A stretch of DNA of 20,577 nt from the NCBI GenBank assembly GCA_036478295.1, contig JAZGDW010000146.1:1-20577 (forward strand). The letters are read 5' to 3'. Position numbers and translations under genes: made by a program. Under the pieces are notes generated by a model. It was given only the letters and a program-made list of their open reading frames with translations. It had not been told where the DNA came from and did not search any database. Below are positions 8,664 to 16,323 of the stretch, in pieces. The DNA comes from Candidatus Krumholzibacteriia bacterium (GTDB lineage: Bacteria > Krumholzibacteriota > Krumholzibacteriia > WVZY01). Each line of letters begins with the position of its first letter. The stretch's first letter is position 1.

Positions 8664-9761
8664 TCAACGCTGCAGATCGATTGGCTGAACGCCCGACATC
8701 CCTCTTGCAGCACGTATAAGCTGATCGCTTCGGTTACGCATTCGACTTATGGGGTCGCTCACAAGTCGATACAAAGGGCTTCGCATATTAACGTAACGGA
8801 ATTCTCGTATTTTCCCGCCTATCGATTGTTTGAACGATTCCACGCCTAAAGATCCATTACTACCGAGGAAGTTTAGATACGTGCATCGTGAGTCGCAAGC
8901 ATGCCGAATCAGACGAGAATAAATCAGGTTTTGGGGTGCAAGAGGGCGTGTCTCCGGACGAACGAAACTGAGAAACACCGCGGCCTGGCTTTGAAAACGA
9001 AAGACAAGCAGGCCCGCCAGCATCACTCCCTCTTTGTAGGCGGTCCACAGTTCAATGCCGCTGGATCGATATCTCCAAACGGCGCGGAAGAATCTTGGGC
9101 CAAAGAGCTTCCCAGTTGGCCAGCTGCGTGCGGTGCGCGCATAGTGATTGTAAAAGGTTTCAAGTGCGTCCGCGTCCAGGCGGCTGCGGATCTCCACCCC
9201 TCGGCGTTGTGCCTTTTCTGTGTGGTATCGCGTTTTCTCATCGAGGCCGCGCCACCAGCTGTCCCACCCATCGCTGAGATCCGGCGCATGAACACGGCTA
9301 CTATCGGTTGTGAATGCCTGAGGCAACGGAGAACCAAGGGGATTTGGGTATACTGTGGTTTGAAAACGCTTTGGGACGCCTCGAGTCAGAATTCGAAGTA
9401 CTACATTGACTTCATCGGGCCCGAGATTCGACCTCCCCACTAACCCGCCATAAGTGCCAAACGGCATCGAGTGTAAAGCCGTTGTTCTCCCGCACAATCG
9501 ACGCACCTCGATCGCAGGCACCAAGCAGCAAGCGCGGCCATCGAATGAAAACGAGAATGGTTTCGACTGGAAACAAGAAAAGGCCTCAGTAAGCAAGGAA
9601 GTCCATAGCGGCGTGGCAAAGAATGTTGCCTCTGGATCTGACTCGCATATTCCCCACCAATCAGCAATCGCAACCTGCTCTCCGCAGAGAATCCGAAGGG
9701 ACGAGACGGAATATCCGGCGTCGACAGACGTACATATGTTTGACGAGGAATAAGTGTGCAC
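8664..9761 (-). CDS. GNAT-family (FemAB/CelD-BcsL-like) acyltransferase
   Basis: ATFFATPLW, LHSMPFGTYGG, KAQRRGVEI and YLNFLGS...VESFKQSIG resemble the FemAB-like GNAT pattern. Start codon uncertain. Confidence 0.75.
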   Translation of the reverse strand: MHTYSSSNICTSVDAGYSVSSLRILCGEQVAIADWWGICESDPEATFFATPLWTSLLTEAFSCFQSKPFSFSFDGRACCLVPAIEVRRLCGRTTALHSMPFGTYGGLVGRSNLGPDEVNVVLRILTRGVPKRFQTTVYPNPLGSPLPQAFTTDSSRVHAPDLSDGWDSWWRGLDEKTRYHTEKAQRRGVEIRSRLDADALETFYNHYARTARSWPTGKLFGPRFFRAVWRYRSSGIELWTAYKEGVMLAGLLVFRFQSQAAVFLSFVRPETRPLAPQNLIYSRLIRHACDSRCTYLNFLGSNGSLGVESFKQSIGGKIREFRYVNMRSPLYRLVSDPISRMRNRSDQLIRAARGMSGVQPIDLQR

Positions 9762-10002
9762 TGAGTTTCGACTCCAGCTGTCCTTTAGATCAGGACCTTC
9801 AAGGGAGCGACTATCTACTCAGTAACAGTGATGCTACGAATCATCCCCGTGGGAAAAATGAGCGAAGATTGAACAGAAGGCGTTTAGGATGCCCGGCTCC
9901 CCGAAATCGATCGCATGGATAGACGGTTTGTCATCCGTTGATTTAGAAAAAAGGGCCACCCGAAAAGTCCGAACACGTCGTGCCATACTCGGCCGATCGA
10001 CC

Positions 10003-10671
10003 TCATCCCCGGGGCAGAACCAGGGTATTGGGGTGTTTGTTGAACCACGTTTCCCACCAGACATATTCGGACGCCAGCGAGGCTAACTGCCGTCCCACGT
10101 AAAACCCTGCTATACATGTGAGCGCATTTGTGCCGGGCAGCTCGTACCACATGCTTTCGGTCTCGTAGTCGTAAAGGATAAAGAGATCATCGTACGTCCA
10201 TCCGGAGGAAGCCAGCGTCAATACCTTGCCATCAATTTCCCGACCGTACACGGCGGCCGCATCTGCGAGCGGTCAGTAGGCGACTGCAACAGGCGCGTCA
10301 CCAATTACCTCGTCGACCACCTCGAACCGTCTTATGTCCCGAATACCGTATGCCCTGACATCATCGCCGACACCTGTGCCAACAACCGGAAACGATTCCT
10401 CGGGTTTGGGGAATCCCTCATCATCAACAGATATGAGCGACGGTGCGAGTAACGGCGGGATTGCATCTTTTCCGAGCCCGTGGTGGAACCCATCCACCGC
10501 CATGTCGTAGTCATAAACTGCTGATGTGACATCCCACTCTTTGTCGTCGACATCGACAATTACGATACGATTACGCGGGGGCTCCACGATGTTGGTCTCG
10601 CTGAAGCTGCACGCTGTGAAGCCGCTGGCCACCATGACCAGCAAGAGTGCGAACGGAACGTGTCTTGTCAT
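10003..10671 (-). CDS. DUF3179-domain lipoprotein, probable selenoprotein (TGA 10273-10275 read as Sec)
   Basis: Track ORFs 10273..10671 and 10003..10251 are in the same frame, separated by TGA plus 7 sense codons. The joined sequence VDEVIGDAPVAVAY-U-PLADAAAVYGREIDG...SSGW...LYDYETESMW matches the DUF3179 YCPL motif. Lipobox FTA-C21. Confidence 0.85.
10240..10259 (-). promoter_or_regulatory. Candidate bacterial SECIS hairpin
   Basis: At +14 to +33 after UGA: CGGCCGCCGUGUACGGUCGG. It can fold as CCGCCG-UGUA-CGG(U)CGG with GU in the apical loop about 23 nt from UGA. Confidence 0.55.
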
Positions 10672-10832
10672 ACTTGCCCCCGTCTATGGCTTCCTGCGAT
10701 CTATCAGTGTGACAAAGCAGTCTATGCCCACCAGTGGTCGCTCATCATGTGCGACGCACCGGCTACCGTTGCGTACGAATAGTGGGTTGAACGCGACAAC
10801 TCCACACGCGTACGGGTCCCTTGGCAGTGTCA

Positions 10833-10854
10833 ATTTGTGATGTGAATCAGAATT
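10833..10854. promoter_or_regulatory. CRP/FNR-family-like operator
   Basis: ATT-TGTGA-TGTGAA-TCAGA-ATT, a 9/10 match to TGTGA-N6-TCACA with AT-rich flanks. Confidence 0.4.
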
Positions 10855-10909
10855 CTTGGCAGAGAATCGCTAGGCTGCGCTCCCAAGTGGAGGGAATTTC
10901 TTGGCAATA

Positions 10910-10938
10910 ATACTACCAGAATGCGCTTTCAGTGTCAA
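10910..10938 (-). promoter_or_regulatory. Sigma70-type promoter upstream of the DUF3179 gene
   Basis: TTGACA (10938-10933), 17 bp, TAGTAT (10915-10910), with an extended -10 TG. Confidence 0.7.
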
Positions 10939-10968
10939 GTAAAGAGCACGGTCTGTCTCAAAGCGAGG

Positions 10969-11205
10969 GTACTTGCCCTCATCGACAATTTCGAAAACGT
11001 TATGGACGCGGGATCGAATGCCCAGAGTAAGCACCTTATCGGGCTGCTGGTTAAGAAGGTGCTCGTCCAACACCGGGACACGATCGAGGTCTTGTACTAG
11101 GTGCCCAACACGCAGCGGTTCCAGGGGTTCGAACACTGGAACAATTGGCTGCGCGGTCTGGACGTTTTGCGAACCTTTCCGATCGAGCCCCCACGAGTTC
11201 GATAA
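10969..11205 (+). pseudogene. Degraded C-terminal fragment resembling a large serine recombinase
   Basis: The + frame reads VLALIDNFENVMDAGSNAQSKHLIGLLVKKVLVQHRDTIEVLY*VPN...WLRGLDVLRTF, with an internal TAG at 11098-11100. No catalytic N-terminus is present. Recognised from memory of recombinase C-termini only. Confidence 0.5.
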
Positions 11206-11345
11206 ATCGTTCATGACGGTCCCTAGGCCGCAATTCACCTGCCTAAAACCTCCATCAACCCGTCGGCAACCTCTTGTTTCTCGAGTCCGAGCCGAATTCT
11301 CCAGCACCGTCTAACTAGGCTGGTACTGAAACCTTGTACCGCCCC

Positions 11346-11368
11346 GTGCACGGGTAGGACTCGAACCT
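11346..11368 (-). mobile_element. tRNA 3'-end fragment (tRNA-Leu-like), possible att-site remnant
   Basis: Minus strand AGGTTCGAGTCCTACCCGTGCAC corresponds to a T-loop plus 3' acceptor strand. No matching 5' acceptor, D arm or anticodon arm upstream. Confidence 0.55.
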
Positions 11369-11453
11369 GGCAACGCGGCGATTGACCCACGGTCGCGCTG
11401 CCGCGCGGCCTCCCTTCGTTCGGATTCTGCATCCGCGCAGGGTAACGCCGATC

Positions 11454-12215
11454 TCAAGCCTCTTCCGCCTGCGGGCACAGTTCGCAGCCCGCAGGAACTT
11501 CCGCCGGCGCGATTCCCAAGCGGTCGGCTGCGCTCGCCGCGATGCATGCCATGGCATCGGCGGGAGAATCGGTCAGGTAAAGGCGGGTCACATCCTCCGG
11601 GCTGATGGTTTGCGCTCCCTTGAGAAGCGTGTCTATAATGAAGCCGCGCAGCGGCAGCCAGTACTCGGTGCCCATGAGGACGATGGGGAAATCTTTTATC
11701 TTGCCCGTCTGGATCAAGGTGGCGGTCTCGAACAGTTCGTCGAGCGTGCCGAAGCCGCCGGGCAGCACGACGAACGCGTGCGAATAGCGCACCAGCATGA
11801 CTTTTCTCACAAAAAAATAATGAAAATCGATCCATAGATCGAGATAGGGATTGGGTTCCTGCTCTTCCGGCAGCTTGATGTTGCACCCTACCGAAAGGCC
11901 CCCGCCCTCTTTCGCTCCACGGTTCGCTGCCTCCATTATGCCGGGACCGCCGCCGGTTATGACGGTGGTGCCGGTCTCGGCCAGGTGCCTGGCCACAGCC
12001 CTCGCCAGTTGATAATAGGAGTTGTCTTCTCCGAAGCGGGCGGACCCGAAGATGGTGACACTCGGTCCTAGCTTGCGCAGGTGGCGGTAGCCGTGAAGGA
12101 ACTCCTTGAAGATACGAATCGCGCTTGCCCAGTCGCGCGCGCGCGTAATTGGGCCGGAGAGAAAGTCGCGCTCTACGGCAGTACCCGGCGTTTTTCCCCA
12201 TTCTTTTTGTGGCAT
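11454..12215 (-). CDS. LOG-family (TIGR00730) nucleotide phosphoribohydrolase
   Basis: VTIFGSAR, ITGGGPGIMEAANRGA, YFFVRKVML and PGGFGTLDE motifs. Confidence 0.93.
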   Translation of the reverse strand: MPQKEWGKTPGTAVERDFLSGPITRARDWASAIRIFKEFLHGYRHLRKLGPSVTIFGSARFGEDNSYYQLARAVARHLAETGTTVITGGGPGIMEAANRGAKEGGGLSVGCNIKLPEEQEPNPYLDLWIDFHYFFVRKVMLVRYSHAFVVLPGGFGTLDELFETATLIQTGKIKDFPIVLMGTEYWLPLRGFIIDTLLKGAQTISPEDVTRLYLTDSPADAMACIAASAADRLGIAPAEVPAGCELCPQAEEA

Positions 12216-12251
12216 GTCCGTCCCCTAACGTAACAGTGAGATGTTGCGAAC

Positions 12252-12280
12252 AGTATAGAACCCGCCCGCCGGAGCGACAA
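12252..12280 (-). promoter_or_regulatory. Sigma70-type promoter of the LOG gene
   Basis: TTGTCG, 17 bp, TATACT, 36 bp upstream of the ATG. Confidence 0.6.
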
Positions 12281-12318
12281 GCAGGAACACTGGGGTGTTG
12301 TGGGATATGCTTTTGAAA

Positions 12319-14502
12319 CTACAAGCTCGCGCGGCGGAGTCGCAGCGCGTTGGCGATGACCGACACCGAGCTGAAACTCATGGCAGCCGCCGCGATCATC
12401 GGGCTCAGCAGAATACCGAAGAACGGATAAAGAACACCGGCGGCGATGGGCACGCCCACTCCGTTGTAAATAAACGCAAAGAAAAGATTCTGTTTGATAT
12501 TGCTCATGGTCATGCGGCTCAGCCGCCTGGCGCGTACGATACCGCGTAGGTCGCCCCTCACCAGGGTCACGTCCGCACTCTCCATCGCCACGTCCGTGCC
12601 TGTGCCCATGGCGATTCCGACCTGGGCCTGCGTCAGCGCCGGTGCGTCGTTGATACCGTCGCCCGCCATCGCCACCACCCGTCCCTGTTGCTGCAGGCGC
12701 TCTACCGCCTGCGCTTTCTCGCCGGGCAGCACCTCGGCGACGACGTCGTCGAGACCGAGTTTGTCCGCCACCGCCTTTGCCGTTGCTTCGCTGTCGCCGG
12801 TCAGCATCACAATGTGGATGCCGTCGTCTTGCAACCGGCGGATGGCGTCGGGAGTGGTCTCCTTGATAGGGTCGGCGACACCGATCAGGCCCGCCGGCTC
12901 GCCGTCCACGGCGACGAACATGACTGTCTGCCCGTCTGCGCGCAGCGCAGCTGCTGCACCGGCCAGTTCGCCGGGATCGACCCCGATGTCGTCTAGCAGC
13001 TTACGGTTGCCGAGCGCGACTGTTCGGCCCTGCACCTCTCCTGTCACGCCCTTGCCGGTGTGCGACTCGAACGCCCCCGCCTTCGCCGGCGTCACACCAC
13101 GCTCTTCGGCGCCGCCCACGATCGCCTCCGCCAGCGGATGCTCGCTCGCGCGCTCTAGACCCGCTGCCAATTCGAGCAGCGTGCGCTCATCCCAATCCGC
13201 CGCCGTCTTGACCGCCACGAGTTTGGGTTTGCCCGCGGTCAGGGTACCGGTCTTGTCGACCACCAGCGTGTCCACCTTGCGCATCACTTCGATCGCCTCG
13301 GCGTTCTTGAACAGGACCCCCACCGTCGCGCCCTTGCCCGCCGCGACCATCACCGACATCGGCGTCGCCAGTCCCAGCGCGCAGGGGCACGCGATGATGA
13401 GAACGGCGACAGCATTGATCAGCGCGGCGGCCATGCGCGGCTCGGGGCCGACGAGCGCCCACACGATGAACGTAACGATCGACGCCAGCACGACGGCCGG
13501 TACAAAGTACCCGGCAACGACGTCGGCAAGCTTTTGAATCGGTGCGCGGCTCCGTTGGGCATGGGCGACCATTTGTACGATCTGCGCGAGCAGCGTGTCG
13601 GCACCGACCTTTTCCGCTTTTATAATGAGGGCCCCCGTGCCGTTCAGGGTGGCGCCAATCACCGGGTCACCTTCGCTCTTCTCTACGGGAATCGATTCAC
13701 CGGTCACCATCGACTCGTCGACGCCGCTCGCGCCTTCCAGCACCACGCCGTCCACCGGAATCTTTTCGCCGGGACGAACGCGCAGGCGGTCACCGGGGTG
13801 GATATGGCTGAGACATACGTCCTCTTCACTGCCGTCGCTCCGGAGGCGGCGCGCGCGCTTCGGCGCCAGGCCGAGCAGCGCCTGGATGGCCGCGCCCGTT
13901 TGGGCGCGTGCCTTGAGCTCCAGCACCTGGCCGAAGAGCACCAGGGTGACGATAACGGCCGCGGCCTCGAAGTAAACGCCGACCTCACCGGAGGCCGAGC
14001 GGAAAGACGCGGGGAAGATGTGTGGAAAGACCTGTGCGACGATACTAAAAACGTAAGAAGCGGCGACACCGAGCCCGATCAGCGTGAACATGTTGAGGCT
14101 CCGGTGCACGATCGACTGCCACGCACGCTCGAAAAAGGGAATTGCCGCCCACAGCACGACGGGCGTCGCCAGCAAGAGCTCTATCCATCCCTTGAGTCCT
14201 GTGGCCGCGAGCCCTCCCAGCGGGCGGCCGGGGATGAAATCGCCCATAGCGATAACGACGAGCGGCAACGACAGAACGGCGCTCATCCGGAAGCGCCGCT
14301 GCATATCGATGAGTTCGGCGTTGTCGCCCGCATCGGCCACCGGCGTCACCGGCTCCAGGGCCATGCCGCACTGCGGACAACTCCCCGGAGCATCGCGAAG
14401 GACTTCCGGATGCATGGGACACGTGAAAAGCGCGCCATCGCTCTGCGACGCCGGTGCCGCGGTTTTTTCCATCAGCTCTTCTCCCACGCCTTGTCTGCCC
14501 AT
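12319..14502 (-). CDS. copA: Cu(I)-translocating P1B-type ATPase
   Basis: N-terminal CPMHPE...[45 protein letters not shown] and MSFSS signatures. Alternative start at 14472. Confidence 0.96.
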   Translation of the reverse strand: MGRQGVGEELMEKTAAPASQSDGALFTCPMHPEVLRDAPGSCPQCGMALEPVTPVADAGDNAELIDMQRRFRMSAVLSLPLVVIAMGDFIPGRPLGGLAATGLKGWIELLLATPVVLWAAIPFFERAWQSIVHRSLNMFTLIGLGVAASYVFSIVAQVFPHIFPASFRSASGEVGVYFEAAAVIVTLVLFGQVLELKARAQTGAAIQALLGLAPKRARRLRSDGSEEDVCLSHIHPGDRLRVRPGEKIPVDGVVLEGASGVDESMVTGESIPVEKSEGDPVIGATLNGTGALIIKAEKVGADTLLAQIVQMVAHAQRSRAPIQKLADVVAGYFVPAVVLASIVTFIVWALVGPEPRMAAALINAVAVLIIACPCALGLATPMSVMVAAGKGATVGVLFKNAEAIEVMRKVDTLVVDKTGTLTAGKPKLVAVKTAADWDERTLLELAAGLERASEHPLAEAIVGGAEERGVTPAKAGAFESHTGKGVTGEVQGRTVALGNRKLLDDIGVDPGELAGAAAALRADGQTVMFVAVDGEPAGLIGVADPIKETTPDAIRRLQDDGIHIVMLTGDSEATAKAVADKLGLDDVVAEVLPGEKAQAVERLQQQGRVVAMAGDGINDAPALTQAQVGIAMGTGTDVAMESADVTLVRGDLRGIVRARRLSRMTMSNIKQNLFFAFIYNGVGVPIAAGVLYPFFGILLSPMIAAAAMSFSSVSVIANALRLRRASL

Positions 14503-14511
14503 GCTCTATTC

Positions 14512-15393
14512 TCACAGTCCGGTCTCTTGAATCCACCGAATGTACGCCAGCACCGCTTCGAGCTCTTCGTCATTCAAGAGGTTCCGGTAGGCCGGCATTT
14601 GAATGATCTGCCTCTTTGTGAAATAGCCAGCCAACGGATTGTCCTCGAATCGATCGATCCTGCCTTCGAGAATCCATTGCCGGAGCTCCTCATCGGATTT
14701 TACCAGCTCCGCGTAGTCTTTTCCCTGCCATGGAGGAATGTATCCCTTGAAACTCCGCGGGTTGTTGGATCCGACTCGCCCGCCCGGGCCGTGGCAACCG
14801 AAACACCCCAGCCGCGCCGCGATACGGCGTCCCTCCCGCGCCTGGGGAGGCGGCTCCTCGAAGAGTGCGACGGCTTTGTAGTAGGCCACGAGATCGTTGA
14901 CCTGATGGGTGGAAAGCACGCCCTCGAATGCAGGCATCTCGAGCGGAGGCGAGGAGGCCGAAGTGACCGCGCCCGCCTCCTGGCTGCTGGCGTGTTCATC
15001 CTGGGTGTGGCCGTCACCGCCGTCGTGCGTGTGTGCGCCACCGGGATCGTCCGGCGCCAACTGCTGACGCTCCGCGTCGTGTTCGTGCTCTCCCTCGAGG
15101 CGCTCCGGATGACCGTAGAGAATCCACTCGCGGATTTCCCCCTCATTCTTGACGTACATCATCGAGGTGCCGCCGTCCCAGGCGGGAACTTCACGCTCGT
15201 CGCTGCCTGGATTGGGGACGCCCCCTGTGCCACTGGGTCCGTGACAGGCGAAACAGCCGAACCGCTCGGCCAGTTGCGCCCCGCGAAGCGCGGGCGTGAG
15301 CCTGGGCCGCCGCACGTACGAGAAAACCGTGAGTGCGACCACTGCGGGAATAACCAGAATGGTTCCCGCGAGGATTAGCTTTCTATACGTCAC
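14512..15393 (-). CDS. Exported/membrane-anchored di-haem c-type cytochrome with His-rich loop
   Basis: N-terminal hydrophobic helix and two homologous domains (CFACH...WILYG...MPAF; CFGCH...WILEG...MPAY). Confidence 0.9.
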   Translation of the reverse strand: MTYRKLILAGTILVIPAVVALTVFSYVRRPRLTPALRGAQLAERFGCFACHGPSGTGGVPNPGSDEREVPAWDGGTSMMYVKNEGEIREWILYGHPERLEGEHEHDAERQQLAPDDPGGAHTHDGGDGHTQDEHASSQEAGAVTSASSPPLEMPAFEGVLSTHQVNDLVAYYKAVALFEEPPPQAREGRRIAARLGCFGCHGPGGRVGSNNPRSFKGYIPPWQGKDYAELVKSDEELRQWILEGRIDRFEDNPLAGYFTKRQIIQMPAYRNLLNDEELEAVLAYIRWIQETGL

Positions 15394-15415
15394 GACACTG
15401 GCTCTCTATTTGCCG

Positions 15416-15439
15416 CCGGCGGGCGTTACCGCCCGCCGG
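15416..15439 (-). other. Perfect 10-bp GC hairpin with GNRA loop
   Basis: Minus strand CCGGCGGGCG-GTAA-CGCCCGCCGG, with no U-tract after it. Confidence 0.7.
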
Positions 15440-15480
15440 GCGAGGTTGCTTGCTGACGGAGTTACTTGCTGACGGACACG

Positions 15481-15903
15481 TTACTTACCGCCGGACGCAT
15501 CGATCTTTTCAATGCTCTTGAGCTCGATCGACTTTATTCCGTCATGTGTGATGAGGGTTCCGGTCAGTCGCGCCTGGCCGCCGGCGAAGTCAACAACCAT
15601 GTCCTTGGCGCTTTCGTGATTCGATCCGATAATGACATAAACCACACCATCGGCGAGAAAGCCAATCGGCAGCCCCTTGTTGATGCATGACTTGGCGCAC
15701 TTGGCGTGACCGGGACCCTGGCCGTCGGCCGGGTGCTGCATAAAGCAGTAGAGGTCCAGCACTTCGCCCACCAGGGTCACTTCTTTCTTTGATTCATCGT
15801 GATGCCCGGGCTCTTCGCCCGCCAGAGCGATCACCGCGCCACTCATGAACACGGCGGCCAAGGCTAGCGCAAAGGTCACATGGATGGTTTTCCTGGGATT
15901 CAT
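15481..15903 (-). CDS. Exported hypothetical protein with Cys/His cluster (putative metal binding)
   Basis: AAGGAG RBS, signal peptide (ALA-G), and GEVLDLYCFMQH...GPGHAKCAKSCINKGLPIG. Confidence 0.85.
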   Translation of the reverse strand: MNPRKTIHVTFALALAAVFMSGAVIALAGEEPGHHDESKKEVTLVGEVLDLYCFMQHPADGQGPGHAKCAKSCINKGLPIGFLADGVVYVIIGSNHESAKDMVVDFAGGQARLTGTLITHDGIKSIELKSIEKIDASGGK

Positions 15904-15939
15904 TCTTTTCTCCTTGTTGGTGTTGGAACGAAAACATGA

Positions 15940-16281
15940 CTATTGATCAGCCACCGCGACGAGATACTTGTCCGGCTCGGCCGTCAACTGCTCTCCGCAG
16001 TGGGTCCCACAAACCGCATAGTGCTTGTCATCTATAGTGACCACCGTCGTGCCGTCGACCGACATCCCGCACACCGGGTCGACGCCCTCTTTGGGATTCG
16101 AAAACGCCAGCGTGGCCTCTTTCGCCGCTTCATCCTTCGCGGCCGGTGACGTGGTCGCAGCCGGTGACGTTGTCTCGACTGCCGGCTTCTCTGTTTGCGC
16201 GGTGTCCTGTCCGCTCTCCGAGCTGCACCCGATAAAGATTGCGAGCGTAAGCACCGCCAGTCCTAAAGCAAGTTTTTTCAT
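15940..16281 (-). CDS. Lipoprotein with YHS/TRASH-like metal-binding domain
   Basis: GGAG RBS, lipobox FIG-C19, an Ala/Thr linker, and DPVCGMSV...YAVCGTHC...EPDKY. Confidence 0.85.
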   Translation of the reverse strand: MKKLALGLAVLTLAIFIGCSSESGQDTAQTEKPAVETTSPAATTSPAAKDEAAKEATLAFSNPKEGVDPVCGMSVDGTTVVTIDDKHYAVCGTHCGEQLTAEPDKYLVAVADQ

Positions 16282-16323
16282 GGAGATTCTCCCCCGGGTT
16301 GATGTTTGAATACACGCGGTGGC

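Noticed and set aside
9972..9986. Sigma54 promoter (TGGCACG on the minus strand)
   Set aside because: The -12 position reads GTTC rather than TTGC.
11098..11100. In-frame TAG as pyrrolysine or readthrough
   Set aside because: The fragment has no N-terminal domains or clear RBS, so decay is the simpler explanation.
10870..11307. 145-aa minus-strand ORF
   Set aside because: It reads as the antisense of the recombinase-like relic and overlaps a predicted promoter.
11346..11440. Complete tRNA (including tRNA-Sec)
   Set aside because: Only the T-loop and 3' strand are present. There is no complementary 5' acceptor strand, D arm or anticodon arm.
11311..12201. 296-aa alternative-frame ORF
   Set aside because: It is an Arg-rich off-frame overlap of the LOG gene.
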